Source: an uncultured Gammaproteobacteria bacterium (GTDB taxonomy: Bacteria > Patescibacteriota > Patescibacteriia > VMEV01 > CAZAJQ01). Taken from it: a DNA stretch of 64,000 bases. The notes beneath the pieces were generated by a model, which made no database searches, was not told the DNA's origin, and worked only from the letters and a program-made list of their open reading frames with translations. The DNA is taken from assembly GCA_964485795.1 (NCBI GenBank), contig CAZAJQ010000001.1, positions 142,014 through 206,013 of the forward strand. Direction: 5' to 3'. Both the position numbers and the translations under genes were made by a program. This document shows positions 9,579-18,532 of the stretch, in pieces (positions within the stretch are counted from its first letter, which is position 1; each line of letters opens with the position of its first letter).

Positions 9579-10046
9579 ATGTCAAAATTTCCTTCACGAA
9601 AAAATCCCACCCCGAAGTTAAGCGAAGCACATACTTCAGGGTTCACCCTAAAGTTAAGCGAAGCGCATACTTCAGGGTTCACCCTCATCGTCGCCGTCAT
9701 CATCATGACGGCCGCGTTCGTATTGATCGTGGTGCTGGGGGCAAAAAGCTTTCGATACACCAGTAGCGTCATCCAAGCTCAGATCGATCAGACGACGACA
9801 AATCTCCTCGCCGAATCATGCGCCCAGAAGGTGCTCCGCATGATCGTGGATAATTCAAATTACCCCGGAAATGAAACAATCACCAATCCCGAAGGAGATT
9901 GCACACTCTACCCGATAGCTCCCGGAGTGCCAGCCGATATCGATATTGAAGCGACAATACGCGATCATACCACGAGATTGCGCGTCACCATCGATTCAAA
10001 AACACCTCCCAATGTCATAAAATGGGAAAAATTGGAAAACTTTTAA
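9579..10046 (+). CDS. pilin-like / small membrane protein whose 5' region is built from a tandem hairpin repeat
   Basis: Its ATG lies 1 nt after the upstream stop. The N-terminal residues KLSEAHTSGFTL KLSEAHTSGFTL are encoded by two tandem copies of the 32 nt hairpin repeat. A hydrophobic helix (IVAVIIMTAAFVLIVVLG) follows but lacks E at +5. An alternative start at ATG 9711 would place the repeats in the intergenic region. Confidence 0.45.
   Translation: MSKFPSRKNPTPKLSEAHTSGFTLKLSEAHTSGFTLIVAVIIMTAAFVLIVVLGAKSFRYTSSVIQAQIDQTTTNLLAESCAQKVLRMIVDNSNYPGNETITNPEGDCTLYPIAPGVPADIDIEATIRDHTTRLRVTIDSKTPPNVIKWEKLENF
9609..9686 (+). repeat. two tandem copies of the 32 nt hairpin repeat CCCTGAAGTTAAGCGAAGCGCATACTTCAGGG (family A)
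   Basis: Near-identical adjacent copies, each able to form a 9 bp stem (CCCTGAAGT/ACTTCAGGG) with a 14 nt loop. The same element recurs at 10727, 20079 and 20521. Confidence 0.8.
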
Positions 10047-10090
10047 GACGCCTCGGCTGCTAAAATTCTTTTCATCAAAAAATCATATTT

Positions 10091-10630
10091 TTGTTCAAAT
10101 CCGCTCTTTGTGATTTAATGATTGATATGGAATCATCGCCATCGTTTGAAACCCAGCTCAAGGGAAAACAACTTCTATCATGGTCATTTCCCGAATATGA
10201 AACGCACGAAAGATCGGATCTTTGGTATATTTTTTTTGGCGTCATCGTCGCTTTTCTCATCATTTACTCGATCGTCAAGTTTAATTGTCTCTTTGCCGTC
10301 ATCGTTATCCTCATCGCCTTCATTCTTTTTATCCAAAACGCCCGAAAATCCGGCACGATTCATTTTTCCGTATATCAGACCGGCATACAACTGGAAGACA
10401 ATTTCCATACATACAAAGAATTTTCTCACTTCTGGATAGCCTTCAATCCTCCGGTCGTAAAACAGCTTTATCTTCGGAAAAAAGGATTTTTCGGTCAAAC
10501 ACTTTCCATTCCCCTGATGGATCACAATATCATGAAAATCAGGAAAATTTTGGAAAAAAATATTCCCGAAAACGTGAATATGGAAAATGAAAGCATTTCA
10601 GACTTTTTGAGCCGAATTTTAAAAATTTGA
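10091..10630 (+). CDS. hypothetical membrane protein (two transmembrane helices)
   Basis: ORF with two hydrophobic helices (FFGVIVAFLIIYSIV and LFAVIVILIAFILFI). The true start may be the internal ATG near 10132. Confidence 0.4.
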   Translation: MFKSALCDLMIDMESSPSFETQLKGKQLLSWSFPEYETHERSDLWYIFFGVIVAFLIIYSIVKFNCLFAVIVILIAFILFIQNARKSGTIHFSVYQTGIQLEDNFHTYKEFSHFWIAFNPPVVKQLYLRKKGFFGQTLSIPLMDHNIMKIRKILEKNIPENVNMENESISDFLSRILKI

Positions 10631-10726
10631 AACGAATTTATACGTTCATGCAAGACGATTTGACCGAAAGCCGTCTTTTTGTCAAAATCCCCCCACAGGC
10701 GATTTTTTTATTTTTTTGACTGAAAT

Positions 10727-10762
10727 CACCCTGAAGTTAAGCGAAGCGCATACTTCAGGGTA
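10727..10762 (+). repeat. single copy of the family A hairpin repeat, immediately upstream of tRNA-Arg
   Basis: ACCCTGAAGTTAAGCGAAGCGCATACTTCAGGGTA is identical to the consensus seen at 9609-9686. Confidence 0.8.
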
Positions 10763-10774
10763 TACCTTCTTTTG

Positions 10775-10846
10775 GCTCCTGTAGTTCAATGGATAGAACA
10801 CGGGTTTGCGGAGCCCGTGATCCAGGTTCGATTCCTGGCGGGAGCA
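10775..10846 (+). tRNA. tRNA-Arg (anticodon GCG, inferred)
   Basis: Manual cloverleaf: acceptor GCTCCTG/CGGGAGC, D-arm GTTC...GAAC, anticodon stem CGGGT/GCCCG with loop TTGCGGA, T-arm CCAGG TTCGATT CCTGG, discriminator A. The anticodon assignment was read by eye. Confidence 0.7.
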
Positions 10847-10974
10847 TGATCAATGTGACGCCCTCATAAACGTGTCAGTATGTGCCTGCGAGCAACAAAT
10901 TTACACAGCTTCATCTCTTGAAAGAAGCGTGTTACGATATCTTTGAGGCACCTCAATCCGATTTTAAACCTTCT

Positions 10975-11433
10975 ATGGAAGCAATGACTCTTTTCCCGGT
11001 GATCGTCAAAGCATGGATACAAAAGGGAAATCGTTTTCTTGTTGCAAAACGCGGTTCCCATGAATCTCATCTGCCCGGAAGCTGGACATTGCCGGGCGGT
11101 AAGGTGGAAGCGTCGGGTGAAACCGAGCATGTCCTCGAAACGACGTTGCAAAAAGAAATCCTGGAAGAAGTCGGCGTGAATATCACGAACGATATCCGAC
11201 TGATCTACGATAATTCCTTCTTTCGATCCGACGGTGTCCATGTCATCAATCTCACTTTTCTTTGCGTCTGGAAATCCGGCGACGCGAAGCCGCTCGAAGA
11301 TACCGACGAAATCCGATGGCTTACGATTGCTGAACTTCAATCATTCGCTCCTCTGCCCGATTTTTTGAAAAAAGAAATCCTTATTTTGCAGACTTTTTTG
11401 AAAAAATACTATCTTGAGAGTATCGGCTCATAA
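10975..11433 (+). CDS. NUDIX hydrolase
   Basis: Nudix box GGKVEASGETEHVLETTLQKEILEEVGV (Gx5Ex7REUxEExGU pattern). Start set at the internal ATG 10975, just upstream of the conserved fold. Confidence 0.8.
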   Translation: MEAMTLFPVIVKAWIQKGNRFLVAKRGSHESHLPGSWTLPGGKVEASGETEHVLETTLQKEILEEVGVNITNDIRLIYDNSFFRSDGVHVINLTFLCVWKSGDAKPLEDTDEIRWLTIAELQSFAPLPDFLKKEILILQTFLKKYYLESIGS

Positions 11434-11461
11434 TCTCTCGTCCACCTCTTCACCGTTTATT

Positions 11462-11866
11462 ATGGATTACCGACTTCACCCCAATCGTTTCTTGCGACAC
11501 TTCATATCCTTTCCGTTCATATGGGGAATGCTCATCCCCACGCTTTTTCTGGATATTTGCATGGAAATTTATCATCGCATCTGTTTTCCGCTGTACGGGC
11601 TTCCGTATGTGAAACGCTCGAACTACATCCTCATCGATCGACATCGATTGCAGTATCTCACTTTTTTGCAAAAAATCGGCTGCGCGTATTGCGGCTACGC
11701 AAACGGCGTTTATAATTACGCCGTCGAAATCGCCGCCCGCACCGAGCAATACTGGTGCGGCATCATGCATGAAAAAAAGAAAGGATTCATACCGCCAAAA
11801 CATCATGCGAATTTTTTGCCTTATGGCGACCGAGAGGCATTTGAAAAACGATACGGAAAGGAATAG
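11462..11866 (+). CDS. hypothetical protein (one hydrophobic segment, Cys/His-rich C-terminal part)
   Basis: ORF in operon-like spacing after the NUDIX gene. No recognisable motif. Confidence 0.4.
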   Translation: MDYRLHPNRFLRHFISFPFIWGMLIPTLFLDICMEIYHRICFPLYGLPYVKRSNYILIDRHRLQYLTFLQKIGCAYCGYANGVYNYAVEIAARTEQYWCGIMHEKKKGFIPPKHHANFLPYGDREAFEKRYGKE

Positions 11867-11907
11867 ACAATTTTTTTCAATTCCATTTTTTCGCTGATGT
11901 TTTTTCT

Positions 11908-12915
11908 ATGGAATATATCCTCGCTTCACTCATCAATATTTTTCTTGCGTTCATCGGCACGCTTATCGCCGGCTATATTTTCGTCAAAAAAAACAATGGC
12001 CACGCGATGGTATGCCCCATGAATATGCATTGCGAACCGGTGCTGACGAGCGAATATGCAAGGACTTTCGGCATCCCAAATGAACTTATGGGAATCGCTT
12101 ATTATTCTTTCATAGCCCTCTGGTACGCCATGACTTTACTTTTCACTTCCTTGGTGACGGAAACGACGATGCTCCTCACGGTCATCGTTTCCGGGGGCGC
12201 GTTTCTTTTTTCCACCTATCTCATCGGCATTCAAGCCTTTGTCCTGAAAAACTGGTGTTCGTGGTGCATCATTTCGGCGGCGCTGAGCACGGCTATTTTT
12301 TTTGTCACGCTTTTGTCCTTGCCGTTTCCTTTGGCTCCGATACTCGTCAGATACGAGTTCCTCTTTGTCCTCATGCATCTCATCGCCGTGGGGCTTGGTG
12401 TGGGCGGAGCCACCATCGGGGATATACTTTTTTTCAAATTTTTAAAAGATTTTCGCATCTCACGATTTGAAGCCGACGTGTTGCGCACGCTGTCGCAGAT
12501 CATCTGGACGGCTCTCGGTATTTTTTTCATCAGCGGCGCGGCCATCTACCTCACGGATATGGCAAAATACAACGAATCATCAAAATTCCTTGTCAAAATG
12601 TTCATCGTGCTCGTCATCACCATCAACGGATTTTTTCTCAATCTCGTCATCGCTCCCAAACTCATGAAAATTTCCTTTCACAAAAAACACGATCACAAAG
12701 CCAGAGAGCTCGCGAAATATCGCAAACTCGCCTTTTCCCTTGGCGCCATTTCTCTTACCTCTTGGTATACGGCGCTTATTTTGGGTTCAATGCACCAAAT
12801 CCCATTTGATGTGGAAACGGGCATCCTTGCCTATCTACTCATATTGCTCATGGCCGTCTCCATCAGCCAAATACTCGAACATCGGTTTTCCAATCAACGC
12901 AAAGCTGAGCACTGA
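11908..12915 (+). CDS. vitamin K epoxide reductase (VKOR)-family membrane protein with a C-terminal polytopic extension
   Basis: N-terminal VKOR-like helices with the active-site CxxC (NWCSWCIISA) and a loop cysteine pair (VCPMNMHC), followed by additional transmembrane helices. Confidence 0.7.
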   Translation: MEYILASLINIFLAFIGTLIAGYIFVKKNNGHAMVCPMNMHCEPVLTSEYARTFGIPNELMGIAYYSFIALWYAMTLLFTSLVTETTMLLTVIVSGGAFLFSTYLIGIQAFVLKNWCSWCIISAALSTAIFFVTLLSLPFPLAPILVRYEFLFVLMHLIAVGLGVGGATIGDILFFKFLKDFRISRFEADVLRTLSQIIWTALGIFFISGAAIYLTDMAKYNESSKFLVKMFIVLVITINGFFLNLVIAPKLMKISFHKKHDHKARELAKYRKLAFSLGAISLTSWYTALILGSMHQIPFDVETGILAYLLILLMAVSISQILEHRFSNQRKAEH

Positions 12916-12931
12916 CCCCTTAATTGAGTTC

Positions 12932-13747
12932 ATGTTCACCGTAAATTTTGATCCAATCCTTTTTTCCGTCGGAAGCCTACCCGTCTATTGGTACGGCTTT
13001 TTGTATTTTGTGAGTTTCGCGCTCGCCGCATGGTATACGTTCAGAAAAATTGCGCATGACGAGGATACGACTCTCCGCAATGACGAAATTTGGGATTTGC
13101 TTTTTTGGGTATTTCTGGGAATCATTGTCGGAGGAAGGCTCGGTTTCGTATTTTTTTATGATCCGGACTATTATGTCGCATTTCCTTTGGAAATTTTCCA
13201 GCTGTACAAAGGCGGAATGTCTTTTCACGGCGGATTGCTGGGAGCGGCTATCGCGGGATGGCTCTTCTGCAAGAGCAAAAAAATATCCTTTCTTTCCTTG
13301 GCCGACAAACTCATCATCATGGCACCCGTGGGAATCATGCTGGGAAGAATCGGAAATTTCATAAACGGAGAGCTCTTCGGAAAACCTGCGGATTTCTTTT
13401 TCTCAATGAAATTTCCTCGACTGGGCGGAGATGTGCAGCGGCATCCTTCACAGCTTTACGAAGCCTTTTTTGAAGGATTGGTACTTTTTTTCATTTTGCT
13501 TTTTTTCCAAAAACGTTCACATAAGCATTCTCAAAAGCCCGGAACGCTTTTCTGGATATTCGTGTTTTGCTATGGCAGCTTCCGATTTTTCCTCGAGTTT
13601 TTCCGCGAACCCGACAAGTACTGGGACAACGCTTACCTTTTTTCGATGACGGCCGGACAATGGCTCTCGATCCCGATGATTGGACTCGCCGCGGTATTTC
13701 TCCTGAAAGGAAAATCGGCGCCGATCGTTGACGTTGCAAAGAAATGA
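12932..13747 (+). CDS. lgt: prolipoprotein diacylglyceryl transferase
   Basis: Lgt signature regions (FSVGSLPVYWYG, GGRLGFVFFY, HGGLLGAAIAGW, GRIGNFINGELFG). Start at the internal ATG 12932, which avoids the overlap with VKOR. Confidence 0.85.
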   Translation: MFTVNFDPILFSVGSLPVYWYGFLYFVSFALAAWYTFRKIAHDEDTTLRNDEIWDLLFWVFLGIIVGGRLGFVFFYDPDYYVAFPLEIFQLYKGGMSFHGGLLGAAIAGWLFCKSKKISFLSLADKLIIMAPVGIMLGRIGNFINGELFGKPADFFFSMKFPRLGGDVQRHPSQLYEAFFEGLVLFFILLFFQKRSHKHSQKPGTLFWIFVFCYGSFRFFLEFFREPDKYWDNAYLFSMTAGQWLSIPMIGLAAVFLLKGKSAPIVDVAKK

Positions 13748-13820
13748 CGTCGCTCAAACCTCTCTCCCCCGAAATCTTCTCAAGTTTTTAAACCTATGGT
13801 ATCCTAACCGACGAAAAAAT

Positions 13821-14336
13821 ATGCTTATCAATTTCCTCCTCATCATCTCGGCTATACTGCTGATCATTTTTCTGATCATCTTCGTCGCCGGATATTTCAC
13901 TCCGGAAAAATACCATTGCTCCGTTCAAGGGGCGGTGAACGTTCCGCAAAACGATCTATGGATTTTTCTCAATGACATCGGGAGCTTTCCGAAAAATCGC
14001 CCGGAAATAGACTCCATCAGCATGCTCGGGAAAAACGCCAAAAACCTGCCGACATGGAAAATCATCTCCAAAGATGGTAGATTTATCGTATGCGAATGGC
14101 TGGAAAGGACTCCACAAGCCGCTTTGATTTTGTCTGTCAAAGAAAGTTCCTACGGCATCACCGGCCTATGGAAATACGAGTTGCATTTTGAAAACGGGAA
14201 TACCTTGGTACGACTTACAGAAGACAGCGTGTCAAAAAACATTTGGTATCGGGGACTCCAGAGAATTCTCGGATCAGATCTTCACATCCGGCATGAGCTG
14301 AGTTTTTTGCAAAAACATTTTCTTGCGCAACATTAA
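13821..14336 (+). CDS. hypothetical membrane-anchored protein (possible SRPBCC/START-like fold)
   Basis: N-terminal transmembrane helix LINFLLIISAILLIIFLIIFVAGYF. The soluble domain's pattern loosely resembles polyketide-cyclase/SRPBCC proteins. Low specificity. Confidence 0.4.
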   Translation: MLINFLLIISAILLIIFLIIFVAGYFTPEKYHCSVQGAVNVPQNDLWIFLNDIGSFPKNRPEIDSISMLGKNAKNLPTWKIISKDGRFIVCEWLERTPQAALILSVKESSYGITGLWKYELHFENGNTLVRLTEDSVSKNIWYRGLQRILGSDLHIRHELSFLQKHFLAQH

Positions 14337-14355
14337 TTCATCAATACTTTTTCGT

Positions 14356-14748
14356 ATGAAAAAAACATTGCTTCTCATCAGCGCTTTTCTGCTTCTGGGC
14401 GCAGCTTGTTCAAAGCAAACGGCGCCTCAAACACAGACTCCGACGGGAAAAAAGAATGCAATCGTATTTGAAAACAACGCGTTCACGCCCGCTGAAATCA
14501 CCGTAAAAAAAGGTGATGCCGTCTCTTTCCTCAATAAAACCGAACAAAATCTCTGGCCCGCGAGCGGCGTCCACCCCACGCATGCGCTGTACCCGACCAC
14601 CGGAGGATGCCTTGGCAGCACTTTTGACGCCTGCCGCGCTCTCAAAACGGGCGAAGAATTCACTTTTACCTTTGATATCGTAGGTACATGGCCGTTTCAT
14701 GATCATCTCCATCCCGACAAAAGAGGGAAGGTCATCGTTACGGAGTAA
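14356..14748 (+). CDS. hypothetical lipoprotein, possibly cupredoxin-like
   Basis: Signal peptide with lipobox (LLGAAC|S) and a beta-rich domain with a His cluster (FHDHLHP). The cupredoxin assignment is weak. Confidence 0.4.
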   Translation: MKKTLLLISAFLLLGAACSKQTAPQTQTPTGKKNAIVFENNAFTPAEITVKKGDAVSFLNKTEQNLWPASGVHPTHALYPTTGGCLGSTFDACRALKTGEEFTFTFDIVGTWPFHDHLHPDKRGKVIVTE

Positions 14749-14771
14749 AAGGAATCAGAAATTTGAGTGCC

Positions 14772-14800
14772 AAAAAAGCGAGAATTCCTCGCTTTTTTTG
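14772..14800 (+). terminator. rho-independent terminator
   Basis: GCGAG AATTC CTCGC hairpin followed by TTTTTTT directly after the stop of the 14356..14748 gene. Confidence 0.6.
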
Positions 14801-14977
14801 TGTATCAGATACTGACTCTGAGTCATCTCTCGAAAAAAAATTCCCGCAAGGGCGATTAGATTTTTTTAAAAAAAATCGCCAACCGTTATTTTTCTCTGCC
14901 CTGATTCTCCACTTACATTTTCGAAGAATTTCATTCTCATTTTCCCTCTTGATGCGGTATTGCGGTAAAAAAAGAAT

Positions 14978-16342
14978 TCACAAATGTTGATCGCGAAAAG
15001 CCATTATCTCTTCATAAAGAAGTCGCAGATACCATATCCCCTCCCGGTTTGGATCGGCGGCGTATTTTTCTCCCATGAATCGCGCAAACTCGGTTTGGAT
15101 ATCGGCTTCGAGAATGTCGCGATTTTTCAAATATCTATCGACCTTGTTTTGATCCTTGTTTTTTTGGGCCGTCAGGCGAAGTTTTTCGACCTTTGCCAGC
15201 TGCTCCACACGATGACGCAGACGATCCATCGCATCACCGAAAAGCTCCTTCCATACGCCGATAAACGCGTCCCAAAGACGCGTCAAAACCCCCACTTCTA
15301 CGGAAATTGCGGCCGTCGGACAAACATGCAGGTCGTTTTGATATTCTGAATTCGCGTCGATACGTTTCTTTGCCGCACTCTCAAAAGTCTTTTGCAAAGA
15401 CAGCAAGCGTTGTTCCTGCCCCCGATATCGCTTCTCGGCGTCGGCTATCGATGCAACTTCATTCCATCCCAAAAATGATTGATCCAAAAACGCGGAAAGC
15501 AATGCGACGCTTGTATCTTCCTCGGCAATCGTTTGCGAAAAACGTTTCCTGTTTTGCGCAAGCGATTCTTTGCACCCCCTGTCCGCCGAAAAGTCCGAAT
15601 CGAGAATAATGGCAGAAGAAAAATTTTCGAATTCTTTTGCGAATCGATCCAACGATTCCTTCACCACCGCATCTTCGATGATTTCCGTCTCAAGCGGACA
15701 AGCACGAGCGCAAGAGAGGTAATCTTGAAACTTTGTCTCGATATCGCGCTCGAGCAATTTTTGATTGATGATGTCCCCTGCCATAAAAAGTTCATTTTTT
15801 GCCGCGGCAACGATCGACGGAAGCGATTGAGTCTCCTCAGCAGTTGCTTTCGCCTTTTCATTCATTCTCTTTTCAAGTCGAGTTCCGATTTCATCATGAT
15901 AGCCCTGAAACGATTCCCATGCGTTTTTTTCTTCAAAACATCCGCATACCTTGGATTCTCGCTCCATGAGACGTTTTGTCTCGACCGCAACGTCTTTTGA
16001 GACTCTTTCATCTTTTGGCTGCAAAGACTCGACGGTCAATGTTTCCAAAATCTCCTTCGTATCATGCGTCTTGGATCCATCGGTCAATCTTGACGCGAGA
16101 GCGTACCAATCCTTGGAAAATTTCTCCGTCGATGGCACCGCGGATATTTTCGGATCGTCGTGGCTGATGGCGTCGATTGAAGTCGCTTCATGCTTTGACA
16201 GATCGATCAATTCCACACCACGCGACGTCGTTTGCGGCTGCTTCACTTCGGAAACCGGAACGAACACGACGAAAAGAATGGCGGAAACTCCGGTGATTGC
16301 AGTCATGATCGCAAAGAAAATCAATATTTTTTTTATGGTCAT
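14978..16342 (-). CDS. hypothetical membrane-anchored protein (N-terminal transmembrane helix, alpha-helical ectodomain)
   Basis: 454 aa ORF with the N-terminal helix ILIFFAIMTAITGVSAILFVVFV. No known motifs. It lies downstream of, and in the same orientation as, 16433..18403. Confidence 0.5.
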   Translation of the reverse strand: MTIKKILIFFAIMTAITGVSAILFVVFVPVSEVKQPQTTSRGVELIDLSKHEATSIDAISHDDPKISAVPSTEKFSKDWYALASRLTDGSKTHDTKEILETLTVESLQPKDERVSKDVAVETKRLMERESKVCGCFEEKNAWESFQGYHDEIGTRLEKRMNEKAKATAEETQSLPSIVAAAKNELFMAGDIINQKLLERDIETKFQDYLSCARACPLETEIIEDAVVKESLDRFAKEFENFSSAIILDSDFSADRGCKESLAQNRKRFSQTIAEEDTSVALLSAFLDQSFLGWNEVASIADAEKRYRGQEQRLLSLQKTFESAAKKRIDANSEYQNDLHVCPTAAISVEVGVLTRLWDAFIGVWKELFGDAMDRLRHRVEQLAKVEKLRLTAQKNKDQNKVDRYLKNRDILEADIQTEFARFMGEKYAADPNREGIWYLRLLYEEIMAFRDQHL

Positions 16343-16432
16343 ACATGAAGCGTCACTCCGACATGTTCATCACAAAAACCTATATTCGGCGACATAAAAA
16401 TAGGAATCGTAAAAGGATACCGGACCAAGCCA

Positions 16433-18403
16433 TCATATCCCCTCCAGATCCGCTATTGCTCCGTCGGGATGGATGACGACTCCCCGAGTAAGACTCGGAT
16501 CAATCGTACCGACCGAATCAATGAGAAACGACAGATGCACGATATCATTGCAATTCTGTGAACTCAGCACGAGCATAAGATGTCGGGCTTTGGCATCAAA
16601 CAGATAGGCGATGAAACGATCCTGACCCGGTTGATCGCATTGAGGAGCATCATCTCCTTGCGTCACAAAACCTTGCGCTATTCCCATGACCACTCCATCG
16701 GTTTGCAGCTTTCTCTGCAAAGCTTCGATGTTTCCACGTAAAAGCGTCAACGTATCCATACTCATATTTCCAGATGCGCCGATTTTGTTTTCAAGATTGG
16801 ATCGTATCCATGCCGAAGTCGCACTCCTTTTCACCAAAGAAACCATTGCGTCTCCGAAAACGCTCGCCAAAATCGTTTTCTGCGCATCCGGTACGTTCAT
16901 ACGATCGAAATTTTCAAGCAAACCGCCGGTCAACGCCTGACCGACTTGTCCGTTTATCGAAGCCGGGAAAATTTCCGTTCCGTGCACTGAAACGGGCGCC
17001 AGCCCGAAATTCCACATGTTGACACCGAGCTTTTCTCCCCCGAGGATGTTCATCCCGGAAAAAATCAGTGTAAAAGGACACTGACATTCGCTCACTATCG
17101 CTTTCGAAGCGACGGAAGCCAAAATTCCTTTCACTTGCTCGGGTATTGTTTCCCCTTGATAGGGTAAAGATACCGCATTTTTTGGAGCCTCGCTTCGAAC
17201 GACCATATCTTCTTTCCATCGCTTCAAATTTTTCCCAGCTTCGCTTATGCCTCTCAAACATTGGAATTTCTCTTCCGAAACACCGCTGAAACTTTGCGTC
17301 ACTTGGGTCTGCAACGACGCATATCGGTCGGACAGCATTCCCAAATCCGTAACGCCGCGAAAAAATTCTTCCCGCGAGACATTCCCCTCGCCGCCGGATT
17401 CGTTCATTCGCTCCCAAACGCCGTACTGATTGCGATAGCCGGAAAAAAAATCCTTCCTCAATGTCACCAGTTCACCGTATCGCTCCAAAACCGCATTTTG
17501 TTTTTGCATCAGATCCCCTTCGGCGCATGACAAGCGCGTCTCGTGGTTTGCGGACACCAGATATCCGGAGTCATTTTCAAAGGTTCGTCGCGCAACATCA
17601 AGACCGCTCAATTCCTTTTCAAGCGTTTGCGTCAGCATATTCATGATCGACTCGCGATACAGCACGCTCGCCAAGGCGCGATGAAGCGTCTCTCCGGATT
17701 TTTCCAAGATCTGCTCCGTCGGGATGCAAAGACCGGATCCTTTTTTGAGAATTTCAAGCTTTGTGATCAAATTCACCTTTTTTTTCTCGCAATCTTGCAA
17801 TTGTTCCTCAAGTTTGCGAATATCAATCTCCAGCCTCCGAGCTGCGACCTCGACATCTTTTTGCAGCCTCATGAATTTTTCATAGTTTTGCGCACTTTCA
17901 TCAATATTTTTTTTCAAAAAATCAACATATTTCCCGAAATCCTGAAGAAAAAGGAAACTTTCCGAAACATTTTTTTCATCCAATCTCACCCAAAAATCCA
18001 AACCGTATTTTTGATAACCGATATGACCATAGTCCGAAAGATTTTCCTTTGGAGCTTCAAACAGCCATGATGAAGCAAATTTTTTTTTCAAAAATGAAAC
18101 GTATGCATTGACGTCGTCTCGATAATCTTTTTGATAACTTTCTTTTTGAATTTGAATTTTCGCGGAAATGTCTGTCAGCCGATGTACGGTTTCCTGTTTT
18201 TGCGCGATCATCAATCGAATTTTCTCGCAAGAAACGGCGTTCACCTGTTCGGAAACACTTTCATACTCGCTTTGAGAGTTCCCGCAATCATCGCCGCGTG
18301 TTCCATTTTCCGAATCGCTTTGTGAAAAAACAAACGATGGCGCCAAAATTGCGATCGCAAACGCAACGACACACAGGCTTGCCAACGTACGATTTTCTTT
18401 CAT
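16433..18403 (-). CDS. hypothetical secreted protein (signal peptide, coiled-coil region)
   Basis: 656 aa ORF with a signal peptide (ASLCVVAFAIAILAPSFVFSQ). No recognisable catalytic motif. Confidence 0.5.
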   Translation of the reverse strand: MKENRTLASLCVVAFAIAILAPSFVFSQSDSENGTRGDDCGNSQSEYESVSEQVNAVSCEKIRLMIAQKQETVHRLTDISAKIQIQKESYQKDYRDDVNAYVSFLKKKFASSWLFEAPKENLSDYGHIGYQKYGLDFWVRLDEKNVSESFLFLQDFGKYVDFLKKNIDESAQNYEKFMRLQKDVEVAARRLEIDIRKLEEQLQDCEKKKVNLITKLEILKKGSGLCIPTEQILEKSGETLHRALASVLYRESIMNMLTQTLEKELSGLDVARRTFENDSGYLVSANHETRLSCAEGDLMQKQNAVLERYGELVTLRKDFFSGYRNQYGVWERMNESGGEGNVSREEFFRGVTDLGMLSDRYASLQTQVTQSFSGVSEEKFQCLRGISEAGKNLKRWKEDMVVRSEAPKNAVSLPYQGETIPEQVKGILASVASKAIVSECQCPFTLIFSGMNILGGEKLGVNMWNFGLAPVSVHGTEIFPASINGQVGQALTGGLLENFDRMNVPDAQKTILASVFGDAMVSLVKRSATSAWIRSNLENKIGASGNMSMDTLTLLRGNIEALQRKLQTDGVVMGIAQGFVTQGDDAPQCDQPGQDRFIAYLFDAKARHLMLVLSSQNCNDIVHLSFLIDSVGTIDPSLTRGVVIHPDGAIADLEGI

Positions 18404-18532
18404 AGCTATTTTCCTAAACTTTCTTTTTCCAGTATAAATATATCATAGATGTTCCATCTGCAGGAATCGGACAGCTTGATCGGATTTCCGTTTCACAAAC
18501 CATCTGTTTTATAATCACATCATGACTTTTCT

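Noticed and set aside
9609-9686. Considered whether the tandem 32 nt palindromic repeats (also at 20079-20150) are a CRISPR array
   Set aside because: The copies abut directly without spacers, number only two per locus, and no cas genes are nearby. This behaves like a REP/MITE-type hairpin repeat, not CRISPR.
4835-10046. Classical type IVa pilus (twitching) locus annotation with pilT, pilMNOPQ and pilD
   Set aside because: None of these genes is present in the window and the ATPase is the short ComGA-like form. It is annotated as a comG-like pseudopilus operon instead.
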